Notes under the pieces: model-generated
Told to the model about the DNA's origin: nothing
Database searches by the model: none
What the model saw: the letters and a program-made list of their open reading frames with translations, nothing else
Position numbers and translations under genes: made by a program
Source: Permianibacter sp.
Lineage (GTDB): Bacteria; Pseudomonadota; Gammaproteobacteria; Enterobacterales; Permianibacteraceae
NCBI GenBank assembly: GCA_036275115.1
Contig: DASUEK010000060.1
Span: 1-59,151 of the forward strand
Reading direction: 5' to 3'
DNA: 59,151 nt
Shown: one piece after another, positions 43,005-52,089 of the stretch
Numbering within the stretch: position 1 is the stretch's first letter
How the letters are laid out: each line of letters opens with the position of its first letter

Positions 43005-44417
43005 ATGGCCACCTATAAAACACCGAACGTTTACGTCGAAGAGATCCCGGTATTCCCGCCGTCGGTGGCGGAGGTGGGAACGGCCATTCCGGCATTCATT
43101 GGCTACACCCAGAAGGCGGCCCGCAATACCGCCAACGATCTGCATTTGAAGCCAACCAAGATCTATTCGCTGAAAGAGTATGAAGCGTTATTTGGCCTGC
43201 CCAAAGAAGAGGATCTCGCCATCAGCGTCACCGATCTTGGCGCGGGAGCATACAGCATCAATAGCGTTACCCTGCCGAGCTTGTCCTATCTGCTGTATTA
43301 CAGCGTCAAGTTGTATTTCGATAACGGTGGCAGCCAGTGTTACATCGTGTCCGTTGGTTACTATCAAACCCCGGCGGTGGTCGATCTGACCGGCGACGGC
43401 ACCACGGCGCCGGCCACCGGTTTTGGTTTGCAGGATGGGTTGGATGTGGTGGCGTTGGAGGACGAGCCGACCCTGCTGGTGATTCCCGAGGCGGTCAAGC
43501 TCGGTACCGCCGACTACACGACCCTGGTACAAGCCATGCTCGGGCAGTGCGACAAGCTGCGCGATCGGTTTTGCATTTTCGATATTCGTGATGGCGGGAT
43601 CGCTCTGGACAGTGCCGGGCTGCTGGCCAACCGCGGCTACTTCGGCAACAACTATCTCAAATACGGCGCTGCCTATTATCCGTTTATCAAGTCGACCTTG
43701 AATTACTACATCAATGCCAGTGAGGCCAACGTCGATGTCACGGTAGGGGCCAACGCGCCGGCCGAGCTCCAGTCGTTCAAGACCAGCAACACGGCCTTAT
43801 ACAACTTTGTCAAAACTGCATTGAAGGAACACTTCATCGTCTTGCCACCGAGCGGTGCGGTCGCCGGCGTGTATGCGGCAACCGATGCCAATCGTGGCGT
43901 CTGGAAAGCCCCCGCCAACGTCAGCCTTGCCGATGTCATTGAACCGGTAGTCCGGCTCGATAACCTCAAGCAGGATGATCTGAATGTCGATGCCACCACG
44001 GGCAAGTCGATCAATGCGATTCGCGCTTTCGCCGGCAAAGGTACGCTGGTTTGGGGCGCCCGCACCCTGGCCGGCAATGACAATGAGTGGCGCTATGTTT
44101 CAGTCCGGCGTTTTTTCAATATGGTGGAAGAATCGATCAAGAAATCGACCTATTGGGCAGTATTCGAGAACAACGACTCGAATACCTGGGTCAAGGTCCG
44201 CGGCATGATCGAGAACTACCTGATCGACAAATGGCGCGAAGGCGCCTTGGCTGGCGCCACACCGAAAGACGCTTTCTTCGTCAAGTGCGGTCTCGGTGTC
44301 ACGATGAATGCCCAGGACATTCTCGAGGGTCGGATGAACGTCGAGATCGGTATGGCAGTGGTGCGGCCGGCTGAATTCATCATTCTGAAGTTCTCGCACA
44401 AGCTGCAGACCTCATGA
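43005..44417 (+). CDS. eCIS contractile sheath protein
   Basis: YKTPNVYVEE, RGVWKAPAN, VWGARTL, WRYVSVRR and VRPAEFI; RBS AAGGAG. Confidence 0.96.
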   Translation: MATYKTPNVYVEEIPVFPPSVAEVGTAIPAFIGYTQKAARNTANDLHLKPTKIYSLKEYEALFGLPKEEDLAISVTDLGAGAYSINSVTLPSLSYLLYYSVKLYFDNGGSQCYIVSVGYYQTPAVVDLTGDGTTAPATGFGLQDGLDVVALEDEPTLLVIPEAVKLGTADYTTLVQAMLGQCDKLRDRFCIFDIRDGGIALDSAGLLANRGYFGNNYLKYGAAYYPFIKSTLNYYINASEANVDVTVGANAPAELQSFKTSNTALYNFVKTALKEHFIVLPPSGAVAGVYAATDANRGVWKAPANVSLADVIEPVVRLDNLKQDDLNVDATTGKSINAIRAFAGKGTLVWGARTLAGNDNEWRYVSVRRFFNMVEESIKKSTYWAVFENNDSNTWVKVRGMIENYLIDKWREGALAGATPKDAFFVKCGLGVTMNAQDILEGRMNVEIGMAVVRPAEFIILKFSHKLQTS

Positions 44418-44476
44418 CCATCGCAGCGTCTACGATACTCGAGATATCCATTCATTGATTCAGGAGGTTTTGCATC

Positions 44477-44911
44477 ATGCCTACTCCCTATCCGCTGCCG
44501 ACATTTCACTTCACTGTTGAGTGGGGTGGTAAACGGGTCGGCTTCTCCGAAGTAACCGGGTTGACCCAAGAAAATCAGGCCATCGAGTATCGCGATGGGT
44601 CGTTCCCGGAGTACTCGTCCATCAAGATGCCGGGCTTGCGCAAATTCAGCAACGTTACCCTGAAGCGCGGCATCATCAAGGGCGATAACGATTTCTTCAA
44701 ATGGCTCAGTACCGTCAAGCTCAACACCGTTGAGCGGCGCAATCTCGTGATCAGCTTGTTGAATGAAGAACATCAGCCGGTCATGGTGTGGAAGGTGATG
44801 AATGCATTTCCGGTCAAGGTGGAAGGGCCGGCGCTGAAGGCCTCGGCCAACGAGGTGGCAATCGAGTCGGTGGAGCTGGCGCACGAAGGTCTCGAACTGC
44901 AAAACGAGTAA
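44477..44911 (+). CDS. eCIS inner tube protein (T4 gp19-like, Afp1)
   Basis: YPLPTFHF, FSEVTGL, IEYRDG, KMPG, TLKRG and EVAIESVELAHEG. Confidence 0.94.
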   Translation: MPTPYPLPTFHFTVEWGGKRVGFSEVTGLTQENQAIEYRDGSFPEYSSIKMPGLRKFSNVTLKRGIIKGDNDFFKWLSTVKLNTVERRNLVISLLNEEHQPVMVWKVMNAFPVKVEGPALKASANEVAIESVELAHEGLELQNE

Positions 44912-44914
44912 GCG

Positions 44915-45361
44915 ATGGCGAGCTACTACCCGCCGGTTGGCTTCCATTTCAAGGTGGAGGTGTCCGGTTTGCCCACCGACAGCAATGACGTCCGGTTTTC
45001 GGAGGTCAGTGGCTTGGCGGTGGAGTTGGCGACCGAGGAAATCGCGGAAGGCGGTGAGAACCGTTTTCTGCAGAAGTACCCGACGCGGGTCAAGTACCCG
45101 GAGCTGGTCCTGAAACGCGGCCTGCTGCTGAAGTCGGATTTGTGGGACTGGATCCGAAACAATCTGGAGAAGGATGTGCTGGAACCGCGTGACATGACCA
45201 TCAAACTGTTGAATGAGCAGCATGAGCCGCTGCTGACCTGGAATGTGGTCAAGGCGTATCCGACCAAGTGGTCGATTAGCGATCTCAGTGCCAGCAATAA
45301 CAGCATCGTGGTTGAGAGCCTGCAGTTTTATTACCAGTACTTCAGCCAGATCCGCAGTTGA
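44915..45361 (+). CDS. eCIS second tube protein (Afp5-like)
   Basis: YPPVGFHF, FSEVSGL, EGGENRF, LVLKRG and AYPTKW. Confidence 0.92.
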   Translation: MASYYPPVGFHFKVEVSGLPTDSNDVRFSEVSGLAVELATEEIAEGGENRFLQKYPTRVKYPELVLKRGLLLKSDLWDWIRNNLEKDVLEPRDMTIKLLNEQHEPLLTWNVVKAYPTKWSISDLSASNNSIVVESLQFYYQYFSQIRS

Positions 45362-45405
45362 GGCAGAGCTTGTTGAGGCGGGCAGGGGTGGATGGGAGCT
45401 AGGCG

Positions 45406-45567
45406 ATGCCAATCATTGTTGATGAAGTGGTGATCTCGGTTGAGGTCAGCAATCAGGCTGCTGGCGGGGCCGCCAGTGCGCCGGATGCCACCCAGGACAA
45501 ACAGGCTGTGATTGCGGAATGTGTCGAGCGCGTGCTGGAAATTCTCGAACAACGACAAGAGCGTTGA
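45406..45567 (+). CDS. small eCIS protein, DUF5908-like (plug/Afp6 position); absent from the ORF track
   Basis: Hand-translated 53 aa: MPIIVDEVVISVEVSNQ...VIAECVERVLEILEQRQER; GGAG upstream; fills the gap between tube and LysM genes. Confidence 0.85.
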   Translation: MPIIVDEVVISVEVSNQAAGGAASAPDATQDKQAVIAECVERVLEILEQRQER

Positions 45568-45570
45568 ACC

Positions 45571-46245
45571 ATGTCTGAACGGGGCGAACTGGAGAAAATC
45601 CGGATAAAGGCTTACGAACAGCCGGATTGCAGCGGCACTGAGGTCGGTGAGTTCACGGCATATGTGAACCCGAATGAGATCACGCTGGCCTATGAAATGG
45701 AATACGACGCTGGTCAAGGCTCAGGCACCACCAATAGCCGGATGGAATTCAAAAAGGTCAAGCCCGGTGATATGTCGTTGACGTTTTTCATCGACGGTAC
45801 CGGAGCCAATGGCGTGGTCGTTGATGTCCAGACCGAGGTCGACAAGTTCCAGACAGTCACCGGCTACAACGGCAACATCCACCGACCCAATTACCTGAAA
45901 GTGGTGTGGGGGACGTTGCAGGTCAAGCGCTGCATCCTGAAGAGCGCGTCGATCGCCTACAAAATGTTCAAGCCGAACGGCGTGCCGCTCCGCGCCGTGA
46001 TCACGGCGAGCTTTACGGACAGTGTGGACGATCAGACCCGGGTTGCACTGGCGCAGGACTCATCACCGGATTTGACCCATGTGCGCCAAGTCAAGGCGGG
46101 CGACAACCTGCCGTCGCTCTGTTACCAGATCTATGGTGATCCGAGCTTGTTTCGGCAAGTCGCGGAGGCCAATGGGCTCGATCATTTTCGCGAGTTGAAA
46201 GCCGGCAGCCGGATCTTCTTTCCACCGCTGCAGAAATCGACGTGA
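45571..46245 (+). CDS. eCIS tube initiator with LysM domain (Afp7-like)
   Basis: YVNPNE, HRPNYL...W, PLRA; C-terminal LysM VKAGDNLPSLCYQIYGD...VAEANGL. Confidence 0.9.
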   Translation: MSERGELEKIRIKAYEQPDCSGTEVGEFTAYVNPNEITLAYEMEYDAGQGSGTTNSRMEFKKVKPGDMSLTFFIDGTGANGVVVDVQTEVDKFQTVTGYNGNIHRPNYLKVVWGTLQVKRCILKSASIAYKMFKPNGVPLRAVITASFTDSVDDQTRVALAQDSSPDLTHVRQVKAGDNLPSLCYQIYGDPSLFRQVAEANGLDHFRELKAGSRIFFPPLQKST

Positions 46246-46263
46246 TGTCGTCAGGACTGCACC

Positions 46264-48006
46264 ATGAGTGAAGCACGCACCCTGCCCGTTGCTGCCGAAC
46301 ACCGCGAGTTCACCATCAAGGTCGCGGGTGAAGCGGTTGCTCGCGAGCACCAATTGCTGGCGGTGTCGGTACGCTGTGCGGTCAATAGCATCAGCGCGGC
46401 ACGGCTGGTGTATCAGGACGGTGCCGCCAGCAGCAGTGATTTTCCGCTCAGCAATACCGCACTGTTCGTGCCCGGTGCGGAAGTCGAGGTGCTGGCCGGC
46501 TCGAGTGGCGATCCGGCGTCGATCTTCAAGGGCATTGTGGTGCAGCAATCGCTGAAGGTGCGTGAGCAAAGCCCACCACAGCTGGTTATCGAGTGCCGGC
46601 ACAAAGCCAGCAAGCTGACTGTCGGCCGGCGCAATGCTTGTTATTTTGATCAGAAAGACAGCGATGTGATCAGCGAACGGCTTTCTGCGGCTGGCATCAG
46701 TGCCGATGTCGAAGCGACGGCAGTCAGTCATGAGCAACTGGTGCAGTACCGGGCGACCGACTGGGATTTTCTGCTGACCCGCGCCGAGGCCAATGGCAAG
46801 CTGGTGCTGACCGAAGGCGACACCGTGAAGGTGTTGGCGCCAGCGCTGTCGGGTCAACCGGCGTGCACGCTGCAGTTCGGCGCAACCGTGCTGGAATTTG
46901 ACGGTGAGATCGACAGTCGCTTGCAGTTTGCCGCCGTGAAAAGCCAGAGCTGGGACCCGGCGCAACAGGCGCTGCTGGAATGCGAGGCCGAAGCACCTGC
47001 CGTCGATGGCCCGGGTAATTACAACCATGACGATCTGGCCGCCGTGGTAGGGCTGGATGCCTGCCGTCTGCAACATGCCGCGCTGACTGAAGACGAGGCA
47101 CAGCATTGGGCCAATGCCCAATGGCAAAAGGCGCGGATCAGCAAAGTGAATGGTCGCGTCAAATGCCAAGGTATTGGCACCGTCAAGCCGGGACAGGTGG
47201 TGACACTTGCTGGCGTTGGTGATCGCTTCAATGGCGATGTCTTTGTCACCGGTGTTCGCCACGATTTTGATTTGGTTCAGGGGTGGAAAACGCATATCCA
47301 GTTCGGCAATTTGCAGCACGCGTTTGCCGAACAGAAAGCCGTTTCGGCGACGCCGGCAGCGGCGCTTTTGCCGGTTGCCAAGGGCTTGCAGATTGGCGTC
47401 GTGGTCAGCAACGAGGATCCGGAAGGTGAGCATCGGGTCCGGGTGCGGCTGCCGTTGGTTGATACCGACCAGGACGGCATCTGGGCGCGCGTGGCCAATC
47501 TCGATGCTGGCAGCGAGCGTGGTTTTTTCTTCCGGCCGGAAATTGGCGATGAAGTGGTGCTGGGTTTTCTCGAGGAAGATCCGCGCCAGGCCATCCTGCT
47601 GGGCATGCTGCATAGCAGTGCCCATCCCGCGCCGCTGGAAGGCAGTGATGCCAATCACGAGAAGTGCATTCAAAGCCGGGAAAAATTGTTGCTGTCCTTC
47701 AACGACGAGAAAAAAGTGCTCCAACTCGAGACGCCAGCCGGCAATGTCCTGGCGCTGGATGAGGACAAGCAGACGGTCAGCCTGACTGACCAGCACGGCA
47801 ACAAGATCGAGCTCAGCAAAGACGGTATCAAGATTGAGAGCATCAAGGCCATTGAATTGAAAGCGGCGACCGAGTGCAAGTTTGAGTCCGGTACCGGCTT
47901 TTCGGCCAAGGGTGGTACCGAGATGAAACTGGAAGGCGCGGTCAGCGCAGAGCTGTCGAGCGCCGCCACCACCACCATCAAGGGCGGTATCTTGCAATTG
48001 AATTGA
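46264..48006 (+). CDS. eCIS spike, VgrG-like (Afp8)
   Basis: LVQYRATDWDFLLTRAEANG; gp5 OB-fold DPEGEHRVRV...FFRPEIGDEVVLGF; beta-helix tail. Confidence 0.93.
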   Translation: MSEARTLPVAAEHREFTIKVAGEAVAREHQLLAVSVRCAVNSISAARLVYQDGAASSSDFPLSNTALFVPGAEVEVLAGSSGDPASIFKGIVVQQSLKVREQSPPQLVIECRHKASKLTVGRRNACYFDQKDSDVISERLSAAGISADVEATAVSHEQLVQYRATDWDFLLTRAEANGKLVLTEGDTVKVLAPALSGQPACTLQFGATVLEFDGEIDSRLQFAAVKSQSWDPAQQALLECEAEAPAVDGPGNYNHDDLAAVVGLDACRLQHAALTEDEAQHWANAQWQKARISKVNGRVKCQGIGTVKPGQVVTLAGVGDRFNGDVFVTGVRHDFDLVQGWKTHIQFGNLQHAFAEQKAVSATPAAALLPVAKGLQIGVVVSNEDPEGEHRVRVRLPLVDTDQDGIWARVANLDAGSERGFFFRPEIGDEVVLGFLEEDPRQAILLGMLHSSAHPAPLEGSDANHEKCIQSREKLLLSFNDEKKVLQLETPAGNVLALDEDKQTVSLTDQHGNKIELSKDGIKIESIKAIELKAATECKFESGTGFSAKGGTEMKLEGAVSAELSSAATTTIKGGILQLN

Positions 48007-48101
48007 ACGTGTTGTGCTGAAGCGGACTGGCACGTGCCGTTGTGGTGTGCGCGGGGCGTGATGGATGCAAGGCCCAATTGTTGACAAGGGAGAGGGCGGC
48101 G

Positions 48102-48380
48102 ATGCCGGCAGCGGTTCGGGTAGGGGATGTCACCACACATGGCGGAACGGTGATCGGTCCGGGCATGCCGACGGTGCTGATCGGCGGTATGCCGGCGGCG
48201 GTGCTCGGTGACATGCATGTATGTGCATTGCCACCCAATGCGCACCAGCCAACGGTCAGCCCGTTTCCGGCGGGCAGTGCAACCGTGCTGATTGGTGGCA
48301 AGCCGGCGCTGCGCACCAGCGATACCTGCATCTGTGGCGCGATGGCGATAGTCGGTGCGCCGACCGTGATCATTGGTTAA
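48102..48380 (+). CDS. PAAR spike-tip protein (Afp10-like)
   Basis: PAAVR, PAAV and PALR repeats, GSATVLIGG, Cys/His ligands; no extension. Confidence 0.92.
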   Translation: MPAAVRVGDVTTHGGTVIGPGMPTVLIGGMPAAVLGDMHVCALPPNAHQPTVSPFPAGSATVLIGGKPALRTSDTCICGAMAIVGAPTVIIG

Positions 48381-48393
48381 GAGGGCAATCACT

Positions 48394-48837
48394 GTGCCGA
48401 CCGAACCACAATACCAATCCTTTCTCGGTACCGGCTGGAGTTTTCCGCCACGTTTTGATTCGGTCAGTGGCAGCGTCGCGATGACTGCCGATGAAGAAGA
48501 CATCGCCGCCAGCCTGCAGATCCTGTTTGGCACTTTACGTGGTGAGCGGTTTCTGAATCCGAAATACGGTCTGAATCTGCGCGAGCTGTTATTTGAGCCG
48601 ATGAGTACGACCATGACGACCTTCGTCAAGGACAACATCCGGACCAATATCCTGGTATACGAACCGCGAATTGCGGTCGAAAACCTGGCGCTGGATACCA
48701 GCCGGCAGTACGAAGGACGCATCAGCATCCTGCTCGAGTACCGGGTTCGTGCCACCAACTCGCGTTACAACCTGGTGTATCCGTTCTTCATCAGTGATGG
48801 CAGTGAAGTGAAACTGCCAGAACCACCCGCCGTGTGA
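48394..48837 (+). CDS. eCIS baseplate GPW/gp25 protein (Afp9)
   Basis: FLGTGWSFPP, GERFLNPKYG, YEPRI and NLVYPFF. Confidence 0.93.
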   Translation: MPTEPQYQSFLGTGWSFPPRFDSVSGSVAMTADEEDIAASLQILFGTLRGERFLNPKYGLNLRELLFEPMSTTMTTFVKDNIRTNILVYEPRIAVENLALDTSRQYEGRISILLEYRVRATNSRYNLVYPFFISDGSEVKLPEPPAV

Positions 48838-49017
48838 GTGGTGATTCTGGCATCACAGACGTCGTGAGCGTGGTAACAGCGCCGTTGCCATTGGTAATGG
48901 AACAGGGCGGAAGTTTTGATTTTGGCGAGCCATTGTGTCGTTGGCCGCAAGGACAAGGTGCCATATCGGCACCAGCAAGCTGGCAAACATGACCAAGCAA
49001 AGGACAACGACACCGTC

Positions 49018-52000
49018 ATGGCTGAGCAAGACTTGATCGACCGGCAAATTTTTGCTGCCGGCCAGAGCCAGAATGAACGGCTACCACCCGAGTTGGCGGC
49101 GCAGTTTGTCGTGGCTGATGAGCGCAGCCCTACTGATTTGTATCGTTTCCTGCAACGGCTCGCGCCGCATATCCGTTTCTTTCAGGATGACCCGCTGATA
49201 CCTGCGGGCACGTGGCAGAACTTCTTCGCCCAGGATCTCGCCACCATACAGCGTTGGCTGGACGGTGATCAGGGCGATGCGCCGCCGCACCTTGGCCTGC
49301 TGCTCAGTTTCCTGAAGCTTTACCAGCAACCACAAGCCTTGCTGAACGAGACCACCGCTCGCCATCTCGCGTTCTATTACCGGGATGTGTTGCGATTCGT
49401 GGCGAAACCGGCGCAGCCGGATCATGCACATCTGCTGCTCGAACTGAAGAAGAACACGGCCCCCATACTGGTCGACCGCCATGCGGTTTTTTCTGCAGGT
49501 AAAGATGCCATCGGTGTCGAGCGTTTGTATCGGGCACTGACCGATACCGTGATCAACCGCAGCCAAGTCGTCGCGCTGCACAGTGTTTATCGTGATGATG
49601 CCTTGCGTGGCAGTATCCGGTTTGCTGCCATTGCCAACTCCGCTGACGGGTTCGGTGCGGAATTGCCGGAGGCGGAGCCCAAGTGGTCGGCATTTGGTCA
49701 TGCCAATTTGCCGCCAGCGAAAATCGGTTTTGCCATTGCCTCACCTGTCCTGCGTTTGGCTGAAGGTGAGCGTCAGATTGAACTGTTGCTGACATTATCT
49801 GGTGTTGCCACGCCGGCACCGAGTAGCGCGGTGCTGTCGGCGGCTTTCGAGCTGTACCTGACCGCAGACAAGCGATGGTTGGGGCCATTGCCGTACACGG
49901 CCAGCATTGTCAGCGGTGCGGTGCTGCGCGTGCAGGCAACGATTCCTGCCACTGAGCCGGCCATTGTTGATTACGACAATGCCGTACACAGCGGTGCATT
50001 TGCGGCGACCGCACCTGTGCTACAGCTGCTGCTGAAGCCAGGCACCGCCCAATTTGGTTATGAGGACCTTGCCGGGCTGGTGCTGCAGCAGGTTCAGGTC
50101 AAGGTCCGTGTCGATGCGATCAGCACACTGGCGCTCGACAGCGATGCCGGCAAGCTTGATCCGAAGAAAGCGTTTTTGCCGTTCGGTCCGCAGCCGGTAA
50201 CCGGCTCGCGGTTCGTGGTCGGTTGTCCGGAGGCGTTCAGCAAGAAGCTCACCGAGCTGACACTGATCCTGCAGTGGAAAGCGGCGCCCGGGCAGTTTGC
50301 CAGCCATTATCAGCACTACAACGCCGGCACGATCAACAACGGCAGTTTCACCTGTGGCGTATCCTTCCACGATGCGGGTCATTGGCATGTGCAACAGGAT
50401 GGCGTACGCCTGTTTGGCGTCGATGGTCGCACCGAAACCCAGATCCGGTTTCAACCTGGCAGCGAGGCGGTAACCAGCAGCCCGTCAACCGGCTATCAGA
50501 TCTACGCGTTGGCAATGACAGGCGCGGCCTGGAGCCAGCAGCAGTTGCAATACGCCATTTACCTCAATAATCCCTTGCAAGCCTATACCGCAACGCCGCC
50601 GGCACCACAACCCGGTGCGTTGGTGTTGGCGCTGGAGCGGGATTTTTTGCACGCGCAGTACCGCAAACGCACCATTGAGGAAGCGTATGCAAGCGGCGAA
50701 AAGGATGTGCTCAATGAGCCGTATTCGCCCATGCTGCAGTACCTGAAACTGGCCTATCAGGCCAGCACGGATACGGTGCCGATCAACAGCAATAGTCTGG
50801 CGAACTTCGCCCATCCGGATGTGCAGTTTTTTCATGTTGGCTGCTTTGGCGTACGGCGGGAGCATCGCTATCAGCGCGAGCAGCTGGCATATGTCAACGA
50901 CAAAGCGGTCAGCTTGGTGCCGTCGTATCCGGATCAGGGTGAATGCCTGATTGGTATTGCGGATGCGGACGCGGGTGACAGCCTGAGTCTGTTGTTGCAA
51001 GTGGCCGAGGGCAGCGCTGACCCGGACCTGTCACGGCAGGCCATTCGCTGGCAGGTGCTCTGCGACAATTACTGGAAATCCTTTGCCGATAGCGAGCTGG
51101 TGCAAGACAGCAGCAACGGGCTGCTGACCAGCGGCATCGTCAAACTGGTGTTGCCACGCGAGGCAACCCGCCACAACAGCTGGCTGGCTAGCGATCGGAT
51201 CTGGTTGCGCGCCAGTGTGCCGCAGCAGGTCGCGGCGGTCTCCGAACTGCTGCAGATTGCCAGCAATGCGGTCGAAGTGGCTTTTGTTGACCAGGGTAAT
51301 GATCCCAACCATCTCCTGCAGGCCTTGCCGGCCAAGCAAATCAGCAAACTGAAAACCCCGCTCGCTGGGATCAAGTCGATTGTCCAGCCGTATGCCTCGT
51401 TTGGTGGTCGCGCGGATGAGTCGGCCGATGCCTTGCATCAGCGTGCCGCTGAGCGGCTGCGCCACAAGCAACGCGCAATCACAGCCTGGGATTATGAGCG
51501 ACTCGTCCTTGAGCGCTTTCCGGGCGTCTACAGGGTCAAATGCATTGCTCACGCCACACCGGACAATTTCCTGGCGCCGGGTCATCTGCTGGTGATTGTG
51601 GTGCCGGATCTGCGACAACGCAATGGCCGCGATCCCTTGCAACCAAAGGTCGACGCCAACACGCTCAGCGAGATTCAGGCGTTTCTGACCCAGCACAGCG
51701 CCATGCAGGTGCAGATCCAGGTGCGTAACCCGCGCTATCAAAAACTGCGGCTGGAATTTGCCGTGCGCTTTCATGCCGGCTACGAGTTCAACTTTTATCG
51801 CAATCAGTTGGAGCAGATGCTGATCTCCGAGTTGTCGCCGTGGGCGTTCGGTGGCGGCCAGACGCTGCAATTCGGTGGCCGAATCTACAAATCGGTATTG
51901 CTGGACCGGGTCGAGGCCGAACCCTACGTCGACTATTTACAGGAGTTCAAGTTGTACAGCTGGAGCAGTGTGGGCGCTTGGCATGAACAGGCCAATTTGC

Positions 52001-52083
52001 CGGACCGCAATGACGTGACACCCGATACGCCCGACAGCATTCTGGTGTCCGATGCCGGCCACGGCATTGTTGAGTTGGTGTGA
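49018..52083 (+). CDS. eCIS baseplate J-like wedge protein (Afp11-like)
   Basis: PHLGL, RHLAFYYRDVL, FLPFGPQP, QPYASFGGR and ERLRHKQRAITAWDYERLVL. Confidence 0.92.
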   Translation: MAEQDLIDRQIFAAGQSQNERLPPELAAQFVVADERSPTDLYRFLQRLAPHIRFFQDDPLIPAGTWQNFFAQDLATIQRWLDGDQGDAPPHLGLLLSFLKLYQQPQALLNETTARHLAFYYRDVLRFVAKPAQPDHAHLLLELKKNTAPILVDRHAVFSAGKDAIGVERLYRALTDTVINRSQVVALHSVYRDDALRGSIRFAAIANSADGFGAELPEAEPKWSAFGHANLPPAKIGFAIASPVLRLAEGERQIELLLTLSGVATPAPSSAVLSAAFELYLTADKRWLGPLPYTASIVSGAVLRVQATIPATEPAIVDYDNAVHSGAFAATAPVLQLLLKPGTAQFGYEDLAGLVLQQVQVKVRVDAISTLALDSDAGKLDPKKAFLPFGPQPVTGSRFVVGCPEAFSKKLTELTLILQWKAAPGQFASHYQHYNAGTINNGSFTCGVSFHDAGHWHVQQDGVRLFGVDGRTETQIRFQPGSEAVTSSPSTGYQIYALAMTGAAWSQQQLQYAIYLNNPLQAYTATPPAPQPGALVLALERDFLHAQYRKRTIEEAYASGEKDVLNEPYSPMLQYLKLAYQASTDTVPINSNSLANFAHPDVQFFHVGCFGVRREHRYQREQLAYVNDKAVSLVPSYPDQGECLIGIADADAGDSLSLLLQVAEGSADPDLSRQAIRWQVLCDNYWKSFADSELVQDSSNGLLTSGIVKLVLPREATRHNSWLASDRIWLRASVPQQVAAVSELLQIASNAVEVAFVDQGNDPNHLLQALPAKQISKLKTPLAGIKSIVQPYASFGGRADESADALHQRAAERLRHKQRAITAWDYERLVLERFPGVYRVKCIAHATPDNFLAPGHLLVIVVPDLRQRNGRDPLQPKVDANTLSEIQAFLTQHSAMQVQIQVRNPRYQKLRLEFAVRFHAGYEFNFYRNQLEQMLISELSPWAFGGGQTLQFGGRIYKSVLLDRVEAEPYVDYLQEFKLYSWSSVGAWHEQANLPDRNDVTPDTPDSILVSDAGHGIVELV

Positions 52084-52089
52084 GTGCGG

